Origin: Octopus vulgaris
Taxonomy: Eukaryota
NCBI GenBank assembly: GCA_951406725.2
Contig: OX597821.1
Location: forward strand, 84,258,001-84,322,000
DNA length: 64,000 nt
Reading direction: 5' to 3'
Shown here in pieces: positions 24,979 to 36,247 of the stretch. A program made the translations under genes and the position numbers. Within the stretch, counting starts at the first letter, position 1, and each line of letters opens with the position of its first letter. The notes beneath the pieces are model-generated. The model was not told the DNA's origin and made no database searches. It worked only from the letters and a program-made list of their open reading frames with translations.

Positions 24979-25839
24979 TACGGGATGTTCGGTTTAAATT
25001 TGACTATTACTGTAGATTTTTTTTTTTTTCATGAAACAGCTCGATGTATTGGTGAGCAGTCAATGGCATTGGATAGCATGAAGATTAAAGTAGTGGAGAA
25101 AAGTTAGCTGCTATGGAGGACTGAAAGTAATCAGAAAAGTGGAAAGAAGTTACCTGTATCATGATGATTCGTGTTGAATATCAAAATGCCGACATCATGA
25201 TTACTGCTCAATGCTCTGTGAACACTTAAGGGCGATAAAACGTGACATAAACAGCAGCAATGGAGACTACTGTGGCCAGCAGGAAGGGACACAGCAGGTG
25301 TTCTGACTGCGTCCGCATGCCAGAATTGATCCCCACATCTTTGAACAGGAACTTAGGCTCAATTCAGACAGCTGTGTGAAGCTGCTGGAGACTGTGGTCA
25401 AACCTTGGCAAGAGGGGTTGCTGCTGGAAGGCCCCACATGCGTGGCAGCAAGATTAGACACCTTGCAATTAGACACCAAAAGCAGTTGTCGGAAAATTTC
25501 TCTGACTTCAACCCTAATTTCTTGCCTCTTAATTCTTCTGATTGCAATTCCATAGATTGGTGTGGGGGGACACGGTTGAGAACGACACTAGCCGGTCTGC
25601 TTGCAACACCAAGTGGCCAAGATCAAGGCGGTGTTCGATGTTCCCAAGGACACAGTGAGGAATGCGCACGCCAGATTCTGGAGCCATCTTGAAGCCGAGG
25701 GCGGCTACTTTGAGTAAACTTATTTACCAGCCATAATCTAGTTGATATTTTTTAATTTTTTCAATACTTTTATTTTCGAATGAAATATTGCTTTCTTATC
25801 CTTTTAGCAAACTGTCAAATTTAGGCCAAACACTCCGTG
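24979..25839 (+). mobile_element. Internally deleted Tc1/mariner-superfamily element (maT/DD37D-like)
   Basis: 26-bp imperfect TIRs (TACGGGATGTTCGGTTTAAATTTGAC / GTCAAATTTAGGCCAAACACTCCGTG). Frameshifted remnants include LLETVVKPW, WQQD, PLNSSDCNSID and EAEGGYFE*. Confidence 0.8.
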
Positions 25840-26249
25840 TGTGTGTGTGTGTGTGCGTGTCTACAGACACAAACACGTTATACAATCATGTCAGACTGGA
25901 ATTGTTATTGACTACAGACCATTTCGTGTTATGTAACAATTACATAATACACCATTATGGAACACAAAAGAGAGTCTTGCTTCACTGAAGTGGCAACGGT
26001 TGAATATGTATGTACCTGTGTGTGCTTGTGTCAATATCTTGATTAGACGAATTACAATGCAGCTTGTGAGTTTCATGTGTACCTAGCTACCAAATATATC
26101 ATTTTAAGTTGGCTTTCCACAATCACACAAATTAACTAAAATAAACAACAACAAAAAAAAAGAGAAAATTCTCAACAATTTGCAAATAGATAAAAATTAT
26201 AAAAAAACATTTTAGAAATTGAAATAAGACCAATTTGGAAAAAAAATAA

Positions 26250-26255
26250 TTTATT
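26250..26255 (-). terminator. Candidate polyadenylation signal of the minus-strand gene
   Basis: AATAAA on the minus strand followed by T/GT-rich sequence (about 26135-26215). It coincides with the CpG-depletion boundary. Other AATAAA hexamers are nearby, so this one is not unique. Confidence 0.35.
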
Positions 26256-26740
26256 GAACCAGCATATACATTAAAATTGGCATTGATTGTAAAGAATAAT
26301 TTGACAAGAATTATTGGACATTTTATCATTGGAATAATACAAATAGTGAAAGAGCAGTTGACAATAGAACAAGTTGATATAAATTACTTTTGACATATTT
26401 TTATTTGGGAGTCAGAGAAGGGGAAATTTGGGACACGTTACAAAAGCTAGAATATCCAACAATGCTAATTTATATAGGAAATAAAATAGCAGAATATTTC
26501 AGACAAAACTCTTACAAAAAGTGGTAGTAGTAGTAGTAGTAGTAATAATAATACTAGTAGTAGTAATAATCAGAGTTACATGTTGGTGATTTCAAGAATA
26601 CAAAATATAACTAAATCCAAGTTTGCTGGAATTCAAAGCCGATTTGGTCACATTAAGTCTGTCAAATTTAGTTTCACACATTGACCTGTACTTCCTTAAA
26701 AAAAAAATGAAAAGAGAGAGAGAAAGAGGGAGAAAGAGAG

Positions 26741-26772
<32 letters not shown>

Positions 26773-26863
26773 CATGCATGCATGTTATGTTTAGGGCACA
26801 TTTGTGAATGCCTGCAGTGTGTGGAAGTTTACAGGGCAAGTGGAAGAAGGTTAAGGTTAGTAC

Positions 26864-26913
<50 letters not shown>

Positions 26914-27630
26914 GAAATTCAGGTGTTTTAAAGAGAAAAAAAAAAAGGAAGGAGTTGGATGTATGACAGACTGGGAACTATTTATTTCACTATGTACTGA
27001 CAAGGAGGTAGACATAGTTGTAACAAGAAATCAGTTCACAGTGAAGCAAAGTGGTAACAGAAAAATCACAAATCGGAGCAACGAATCACTGGAAACTAAA
27101 GCTGAGACGTTATTGCTGGCTAACAACAAAGCCTCTATACAGTCGCTTGACCTGCTAGAAATAGCAGCCAAATCTCTCTCAAATCACAACCCTTAACACC
27201 TTAGAGAAAAAAAAAAGAGGAAGGAATCAGATTATGTAGTCTTTAGACAGCCCTTCAATAAGATGCAATGGTCATGGCTGGGATGACTTTGATCATAAGT
27301 CTGCTCAATCAGAGTTGACCAAGAATGGTTAAACACCAACACCAATAACAAAACAGACATGGTTGACCAGTAATGACCAGTTAGTAAGATGTGATAGTTC
27401 CTCAATGCTAGTGGTTACAATGTATAACAGTAATAATAATAATTATTATATATAGCCCTGTCGGCACAAGGTTTAGAGCTATTCAAGACATCAACGGTTC
27501 AATACCGTCTCCAATGAACAAATACTAAAGAGGAACAATGAAGCCAATACTACAAAGTTAACTCTTACAGACCAAACACACGCACAACAACAACAACAAC
27601 CACCACAAGCAGAGACTGGTACTTACTCAC

Positions 27631-27664
27631 GAGATGCCAAATGTTTCTTCCAAGGGAGAGAGAG
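27631..27664 (-). other. Candidate 34-nt micro-exon
   Basis: Pyrimidine tract ...CTCTATCTCGTCTTGCACCTTCCATAAAG| and strong donor |GTGAGTAAGT. The next acceptor (TTGTTCCTCTTTAG|, exon from 27524) lies across a 106-nt intron. Confidence 0.4.
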
Positions 27665-27709
27665 CTTTATGGAAGGTGCAAGACGAGATAGAGTAAAAAA
27701 TAATAACAA

Positions 27710-28735
27710 TAATGGTTTCTAAACACTGGCACAAGGCCTCATGTGTTAGAGGAGTACAGCCGATTAAATCGAACCACCACCTTCCCCATGTCACAATACC
27801 TGACAGGGACTTTGTCTCATTCACCTCAGAAGAAAAGAAAGCAAATTCTGACCACAGCAGAATTGGTGTTCAGAATGTAAAGAGCTGTAAGTAAATAAAT
27901 ACCACAAGGCATTTTGAATGACTCTTTCATAATTCTGTGAACCTACCACCTCAGTGAAAAATAATAATTAATAATTACATTAATTAAGCAAACAGTTTCA
28001 AAATACTGCAATAGACAAATAACTAAAAAAAAAAAATTAATAAAATAATTGTTTCTAACTTGGGTACAAGGCCAGCAACTTTTGAGGGCAAAGGATTAGC
28101 TGATTACATCACCTTCAGTGCTGAACTGGTACTTTATTTTATCAACCCTGGAAGGATGAAAGGCAAAGCTGACCTTCATGGGATTTGAACTCAGAATTAA
28201 AAGAGAAGGAACAAATACTGCAAGGCATTTTGCCTGATGTTCTGACACTGTGAATTTACCTGCCCAATGAAAATCCTTTCTACTATAGACTCAAACCCTA
28301 AAATTTTTTTGGGGAAGGGGAGCAAGTGGATTACATCTACCCACACCCCACCCCATCCAATGCTCAACCGATACTTATTTAATTAACCCTGAAAGGATGA
28401 ACGGCAAAATTGACCTCAGCAGACCTTGAATTCAGAACATAAAGACATAAATGCTACTAAGCATTTTTTGCCCGGCATGCTAAAAATTTTGCCAGCTCAC
28501 CACCTTCAATAATAATAATCCTTTCTACAATAGACAGTAGGCCTAAAATTTTGGGGCAGGTGGGTTAGTCGATTACATTGACCCCAGTACTCAACTGGTA
28601 CTTATTTTATTGACCTTGAAAGGATGAAAGGCAAAGTTGACCACAGTGGAATTTGAACTTGGAACCTAAAGGCGGATGAAATGCTGCTAAGCATTTTGTC
28701 TGGCATGCTAACAATTCTGCCAGCTCGGTGCCCCA
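27710..28735 (-). mobile_element. Cluster of 4 old, CpG-decayed SINE family A copies
   Basis: For example ATTGACCTTGAAAGGATGAAAGGCAAAGTTGACC versus consensus ATCGACCCCGAAAGGATGAAAGGCAAAGTCGACC. Confidence 0.85.
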
Positions 28736-31043
28736 GTGAAAATAATAAACAATAACGATTACATTAATCAATTAATTAATTAATTAAGCAAACAATTTCA
28801 AAAATACTGCAATAGAAAAATAATATTTGAAAAAAAAAAAAAAGAAAAAAAATGGTAAAAATAATTTGAAGCCCCAAAAAAAACAAAAAACAAAGCCAAT
28901 GAAAAAGACGACTGAAAGACGACGTTAGAGAAATGGAACTGCTCACCTCAATATTAGCAGAAAATAACTTTTCACTTGTTTCTGTTGCTTTGGTTTAAAG
29001 ATAGAAATATTTCAAAATTGCAAGACCTTAAGATTTGGGTTGTTTTTTTTTTTTTCATTGTTGGCTTATTTTTTTTTTCTATGAAAATAAGAATCAAACT
29101 TGAGAGTATTTCAGCTACTTAATTTGAGACAAGGGAAAATAATAATAATAATAATAATAATGATTTTAAAAATATTAAAGATTGCTGTTTTTGTATTTTA
29201 AAACCAAACTAAAATATAACTCAATAATATTTTTAAGGAGAAAATTTTTTCTTTTATTTTAAGAATTAATTTTTTTTTTTTTGAGGGAAGAAATTTTCTT
29301 TTTTTCAAGTTGTAGACATTCTCACTTATGCAAGGAGTAAAAGACTCGAGTACAAAAAAGGCACTGACAAGACTTGAACCCCGACCTTTCAGAGAGAAAA
29401 TTGTAACAATAGAAGCTCCAAAATATAATCTCTGGAGTCTTACTAAGAGACTTCAACACCGAGATTTGAACACGTTTCATTTTCATGAAGAGGTGAAAAG
29501 GGGGAGAAAAAAATTTTTATTTAAAAAAAAAAAAAATACAAGAGAAGAAAGTTGGAAGAAAACTTTTGTTTTTGTTTTGTTGTCTTTTTGTTATTTTTTA
29601 ATAAAATAATAAAACTGCAGGAATGGCCAAAAATGGTAAGGCAGAGCCTTTTGGTTCACTCCTGTAGGAATATTGAGAATATTTTTGAGAACTGGTGAAG
29701 AGGCAGTGCAGAGAGCAGAAGACATTTTTCTGGCACAAAATGCAATATATATAATATATATATATATATATAATAAAAAGAAAAAAAAATACTTTTTCAA
29801 CTTTTATTATTAAATAATTATTTTTACATAAAGGGAGCAAATATGATTAAGTTTTATTTTTTCATCAAATTTTCAATGTGTGAATGAATGAATATATATA
29901 TAGCATATATGAATATATATAGATATACATATACTCATATATCAAACACACTCACACAAACACATATATATATACAGTGACAGTATTCAAGATAAATATA
30001 TTACTGTTGGTTTGTTACATATTTGGTTTGTTATATATATATACGTATAATGTTTAGTCAAAATATAAAGAACAATATTGATTTTGCAGCTATTAATAAC
30101 ATAAACAATAAAAGATACAACCAAAGACAACAATACAACAATATACATAAACAATGTTAAGTATATGTTTTAAGCATCATAAAATAATTTGTGACTTCTT
30201 TTTAAAATTTTTTTTTTCCAGTGGTATTAGTAGTAATAGTAGTGGTAGGGGATAACTAAGAACAGAACCAACATATTGCAATTTAACCGAAATAACAAGT
30301 TTTTAGATATTGATTATATGAAAAACAGAGCGGGTTATTGTTAAGGAGAGTACTGCTGAGTATTGATAAGTATGCGTGCCTGTGTAAGTGTGTGTGGTAT
30401 GTATATGTGTGTGCAAGTGCAGAGGACTATAGACCTATAGGTGATATATATATAATAGCAAAGTTATACATGTGGAGAAGAACTACTGTGCTTATTGGTG
30501 AAGTTACAAGGGCAGCAGTCAGTGAAACCCCAGAATATGTTCTTTAGATTTAAGAAATAATAATAAAGTCAGGGAAACATTATCATCATTGCCATCGTTA
30601 TCATCATCATTATAATTATTATTATTGGGATTTTACCATTATGAACAATATTGTTTATTATTTAAAAGATATAGAAGTTAATTATAAACCATGATAAGAA
30701 AGTGAAAGAGAAGAAAATAGTCTAAGAGAGCAATGGAAGTTGTATCAAAATTTATAGTTATTTTATAGAATGGTGCAATAAAAAATATATTTATGGGAAG
30801 ATTTTACTTTTGAGGAAGAGAAAAAAAAAAGGGGTTTCAGTGGGGGATGGGGAGATAGGGTAGAGGTGAGGGAACAAATTGTATTTTACTAAAATGGAGA
30901 GACTTGGTGGGAGGGAAGGAACAAAGGATTACTCAGAGATTGCAAAAGGCACTTAATCTTTTAGAACCAGAATTGCATCAATTCCCTTATTACGAGATAA
31001 GTGTATTTTGCATAAAAGCTGAAGAATGAGACAAAGGGCCAAT

Positions 31044-31308
31044 TCACATATAAACTACAGTGTTAGCATCGGCGTACTCAACGAATCGCAACCCACAAGA
31101 AGAGACTTCAATGTTAAAGCCGACGTGTTTCGCATACCCAGAAATCCATTTGCCAATATAGTTGTGAATATCTTTTTCCTTCTCACGGTTGCTGATCTGG
31201 AAGCAGGATTTCATCTTTAGTTCTCGCAGCCAAGGAACTCGAGGCTGGCATCTGTAAGTCTTCAGAATTGTATCCACACCATATCTTTCAACGTTGAATG
31301 GGTTCCCA
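31044..31308 (-). CDS. Stop-containing coding exon of a host gene; ribonuclease-inhibitor-type leucine-rich-repeat protein C-terminus (family unresolved)
   Basis: Branch-like CTAAT and acceptor TTTGCTTTGAATTTCAG|, phase 2, then 87 non-repetitive codons: GNPFNVERYGVDTILKTYRCQPRVPWLRELKMKSC...TVVYM*. This fits the RI-LRR pattern (S)GNP...GV..IL.....P....L..L.M..C. CpGs are retained in an otherwise depleted region. Confidence 0.7.
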
Positions 31309-31570
31309 CTGAAATTCAAAGCAAATTGGAATAACATTAGAACTGGTTGAAAATATTAATTTTCTAGTATTAGCACAAGATTCAAATGTTGGGGTAGGAT
31401 GAGTGCTGACCTCAGTAATATCTAGAACTTCATTGTATTGACCTTAAAAGGATGAAAAACAAAATCAATTAAGGTAGGATTTGAACTCAGAACATAAAAA
31501 CAAGGGATTTTGGCCAATACCCCGATTTTACCAATTCAGTGCTATCAGTAGGAGAAAATAACAAAATCAT

Positions 31571-31935
31571 AACATGAGCATTCAGAGAGCCCAAACCTCT
31601 GCCAAGGCAACACCAGTGTCCTCTCAACAATTAGCCAAAGATGATCTTTAAAATGAGAATATCTGAAATAAACTCATCTGCTCTCACAAACGAGATTACT
31701 TAAAATGAACCCAACCACTCTCAAAAATTAAGTAAAAAAACAGGAAAAATAATCCAGAATCCTTGTCCGGTATTGGATTGATCCCAAAATCTAATCAGTC
31801 ACAAGACCAAACATCCCTGAAAGTTTTATCCAAATCCATCCAGCAGTTCTTGAGATATCTTGTCCACGGACAAACTGACAAACAAACAAACATGACTGAA
31901 AACAATACCTCTGCCTTCGCTAAGGTGGAGGTAAT
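31571..31935. mobile_element. Helentron-associated (HINE/DINE-like) non-autonomous element
   Basis: Terminal hairpin ACCTCTGCC-TTCGCTAA-GGTGGAGGT, subterminal repeat ACCTCTGCC at the other end, and an internal (CAAA)n microsatellite. Confidence 0.65.
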
Positions 31936-31937
31936 AA

Positions 31938-32520
31938 TGGTTTCAAATTTTGGCACAGGGCAACTGTTTTTGAGGGGAGGGGAAAGTCAATTACACCTAG
32001 CCCAGTATTTGACTGGTACTTATTTTATCGACTCCGAAAGGATGAATGGCAAAGTTGACCTTGATGGAATTTGAATATAATCATAATAATAATAAATGGC
32101 TTCAAATTTTGGCACAAGGTCACCAATTTTAGAGAGAGGGGTAAATTGATTACATTGACCCCAATACTTAACTGGTGCTTATTTTATCAGCCCTGAAAGG
32201 ATGTAAGGCAAAGTCAATCTCATCTGAATTTGAACTAGGGACATAAAGACATGAAATACTAAGTATTTTGCTCAGCATGTTTAACAATTCTGCCATCTTG
32301 CCACTTCACTGTATAATCATAATAACAATCCTGAAATCTAGGGGGAAGGGGCTATTCAATTAAATTGACCCTCTGTGCATAACTGGTATTTATTTCATCA
32401 ATCTCAAATGGATGAAAGGCAGAATTGACCTCAGCAGAATTTGAACTCAGAGTGTAAGGACAGACGAAATGCGGCTGAGCATTCATGCCCAACATGCTAA
32501 CGATTCGGCCAGCTTGCCAC
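31938..32520 (-). mobile_element. Three decayed SINE family A copies
   Basis: Repeated GGATG(A/T)A(A/T)GGCA body with CpG decay. Confidence 0.8.
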
Positions 32521-33364
32521 TCTAATATATAGTGATGATAATAATAATAATAATTTACTTTTTATGATTGCCAGCAGAAGAACATGGTCAAAAACTTGAG
32601 TTGGGTGGGCAACAATGCCAATTAACGAACTCAATATGGGTGCTTGTTTTATCAAAGAAAAGAGAAAAAAGGATGAAATACATAGCCAACTAATTTGATG
32701 ATAAATTCAAACAGAACACAAAGCAACAAACTTTGTGGCAGGTAGTAGTCAACGAAACCCCAGTATTTCACTGGTACTAGATTCTTATCAACCCTAAGAT
32801 GGATGAAGAATACAACAGTCAACCAACTACAGCAGAACAAACAGAGAAACAACTAAAGACAGAACACACTGAATGACATTACAATTCCTTTTGGTAATAA
32901 TGAAAGAAAAAAAAAATGCAATTAAATTAATGACCAAAAATATAGAATAAAATGCATTCAAATTTTGCCTGAGAAAGGATTGTCCGAATCATTGGATTTT
33001 ATACTCCCCACAAGTTCACCGTACTCTTTTTTACCACTTCTACTAACACAATTCTTACAAATGCACACCAACACCAGCCTCTTTGGAATCTGTCACCCAT
33101 CCTGCCTCCAAGAATTTCTTTATTTTCTGTAGAATACCAACTCACTGGGCATTTTGTTTACAAAATGTTCTCACATTCCAAAAACATTACAAAAAGACAG
33201 TGTTTGTTGTTGGGGATCTCTTAGTGGTACAGAACACTAAGCCAGAATTTGAGAGGTACAGGGTTTGATTCCCCATCATCTAAAGAGTATTCACTTTATT
33301 TTCTAAGTTGTCTTCATAGTCATCCTGTGTTTGAGAATTCCTTTATTTTCTGTAGAAAATATAT

Positions 33365-33725
33365 CCTTTCACTTGTTTCAGTTTGCAGCCATGCTGGAGC
33401 ACCGCTTTAAAGGGGTTTTGAGCCTAAGAAATTAACCCCAGGACTTATTCTTTGTAAGCCTAGTATTTATTCTATGGGTCTCTTTTGCCAAACTGTTATG
33501 GGGACATAAACACACCAGCATCAGTTGCGATGGCAGGGGGACAAATGCAGACACAAATATATACATATATACAATGGGTTTCTTTCAGTTCCCATCTACC
33601 AAATCCACCCATAAGGCTTCAGTTGGCCCAAGGCTATAGTAGAAGACACTTGCCCAAGGTGCCATGCAGTGGGACTGAACCCAGAACCATGTGGTTAAGA
33701 AGCAAGCCTCTTACCACACAGCCAC
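33365..33725 (-). mobile_element. CpG-decayed SINE family B
   Basis: Colinear with the consensus, followed by (TA)n(TG)n. Confidence 0.85.
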
Positions 33726-33726
33726 A

Positions 33727-33835
<109 letters not shown>

Positions 33836-33881
33836 TACAATAATAGCTTTTGATATTAAGTGCACATATATATGTATATAT

Positions 33882-33918
<37 letters not shown>

Positions 33919-35626
33919 AAATAACATATCTCGTTATATTAAGTACATATAGAAATATATGTGGATATTTACATCCACTGTGAAATAGGTTCCCTTTTCC
34001 AGTTGTTGCTGTTGTTTAACCCCAGGACAGCCCTGGTCTGAAGTGTCACAGCCACAACAATGCCATCTTTTATTCAGTTATAGTGTATCTAGGATCACAT
34101 TATCGAATATGCACTGCTTTTATTTTTAATTTTATGATTGGTAGGATTTGATTTGCAAGCAAAAAGGGGTTGCATAAGAGGGTTCATTATTGATTTGATC
34201 CATTTAGAGCTGATAAAACAGGTACCAGTAAGATTTTAGGGTCAGCTATGCATCTCATGGGAAGAACATTGAATGAGATATTTGGTTTTTTGGGGGGTTT
34301 TTTTCCCAGTGAGAAGTGATTTGAAATGAAAACCTAAATTGTGGATGCTGAACAATGGAAAAGAGAAAACTTTTAAAATTGTAAAGAAAAGATTAAAATG
34401 GAGAGGAATAAAAGATGTGAAGGGTTTAGGTGGATGGGAAAGATGTGCTGAGGCTCATTGTGGGTTTCAGTTTGGTTAAACCCATTGTTCTGAAATTGTT
34501 ACAGACTTTTGGATAGCAACAGAACAGAACTTACTAGAATGGAAAACATAAAATCTAATAATTGTAAAACAAAAACCAAAAAAAAAAAAAAAAACCAAAA
34601 TAAAGGATACAAGAATAGAATGGTTGAATGGAGAGAGAATGAGAATTAGATAAAGAGAGAGAAAATAAATGAAAGGGTGACATAGAGAAAGGAAAACAGA
34701 GTGAGAGAGAGATAAAGAATTAGACAAAGATAGAGAGAAAGAGAGACAGAAAAAAAGAGAGAAGATAAGAGAAGAGTGAAGAAAAATGTTTCAATTCCTT
34801 TTCTCCATAACTCCTCTTCTCCACCCTGTACAATAATGTGTTTCTATTTGCATGGGTAGGGAGGCGCTGCCCTAGCCCTTATATTTATTGTCAAATTAGG
34901 GTAGAAAAATAGTTGGGGGTAAGGGAAGGGATCGATGGCATCAGGAGAAGGGAACTCTTCTCTTGTCACTCCCGGCCCCAACCACTACCACCAGCTGGAA
35001 TAGGAAATTAAATTAATATGTGAAGATAAAAGCAAGGAGAGAAATGTAAGCTAGCCAATGGTGGTGGTGGAGGTAGTGGTGGTGGTATTGTACTGGGGGA
35101 GGGATCAGAGCTGGGAGACAGACAGGGGGTGGGGAGGTTGGAATTCCTCAGGACCATTGGATTTGAAAGGAAGCTTCCAACTATCAACAGAACAACCACA
35201 ACAATAGTTACAACATCAGTAGTAGTAGTAGTAGTAAAAGAAGCAAAGATTGAATACGAGTGAAAATAAAAATACGAAACTAAAAGCAAAAAAAAAAAAA
35301 GGAAATAACTAAAACTTACAGAAGAATAGCAAAAAAAAAAAAAAAAAAAGATAGGCTGGGTGGAATTTCGTTATTAAATAATGCAAAATGAATACACAGG
35401 CTGATCCTATTACAGTTTGAATGCATTGGCAATGCTATTACAAGAAAACTGGTGCATAAACATTTCCAACGAAAAGACAGTTTCCTGTTAATGAATAGGC
35501 AAGAAAAAAACAAGAAAAAAAAGTGTTTTCCCATGTTCGATGAAGTTGTGACATTTTTGGAAGTTGGTCGTAAATCAAGGCTGTTGTGTTTACATTTGTT
35601 AGTGGCACCACAAAACAGTTCACTGC

Positions 35627-35686
<60 letters not shown>

Positions 35687-35850
35687 CTGGGAGCAATGTA
35701 TACAATTGTGATTAAAATTGGCTTCATTCACTCTTAAAACAGAAAACTTTCAAGACAATCTCCTGCAATTCCAGATCAACTATATTAAATTAGAAAGGAA
35801 TTTGTGTGGTTTTATTGCTAATTTAGAAAATTTAGCTTCACAAACATAGA

Positions 35851-35852
<2 letters not shown>

Positions 35853-35910
<58 letters not shown>

Positions 35911-36117
35911 TATGTATGTGTGTATTGTATATGTGTGTGTATGTATGTATTGTGTGTGTATGTATGTATGTATGTATGTATTGTATATGTGTGTGTATGT
36001 GGACAACTATGTAAGTGGATGTGTGTATATATAATCTTTTTTAAAATTTGTTTCTCCTATGGTGTGCTCTTTTGCTTAATACACACACACACACATATAT
36101 ATACACACACACACACA

Positions 36118-36157
<40 letters not shown>

Positions 36158-36247
36158 CACACACACACACATATATATACACACACACACACATATATAT
36201 ACACACACACACACATATATATACACACACACACACATATATATACA
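35853..36247. repeat. Compound (TG)n/(TATG)n and [(CA)n(TA)m] repeats
   Basis: Direct inspection. Confidence 0.9.
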
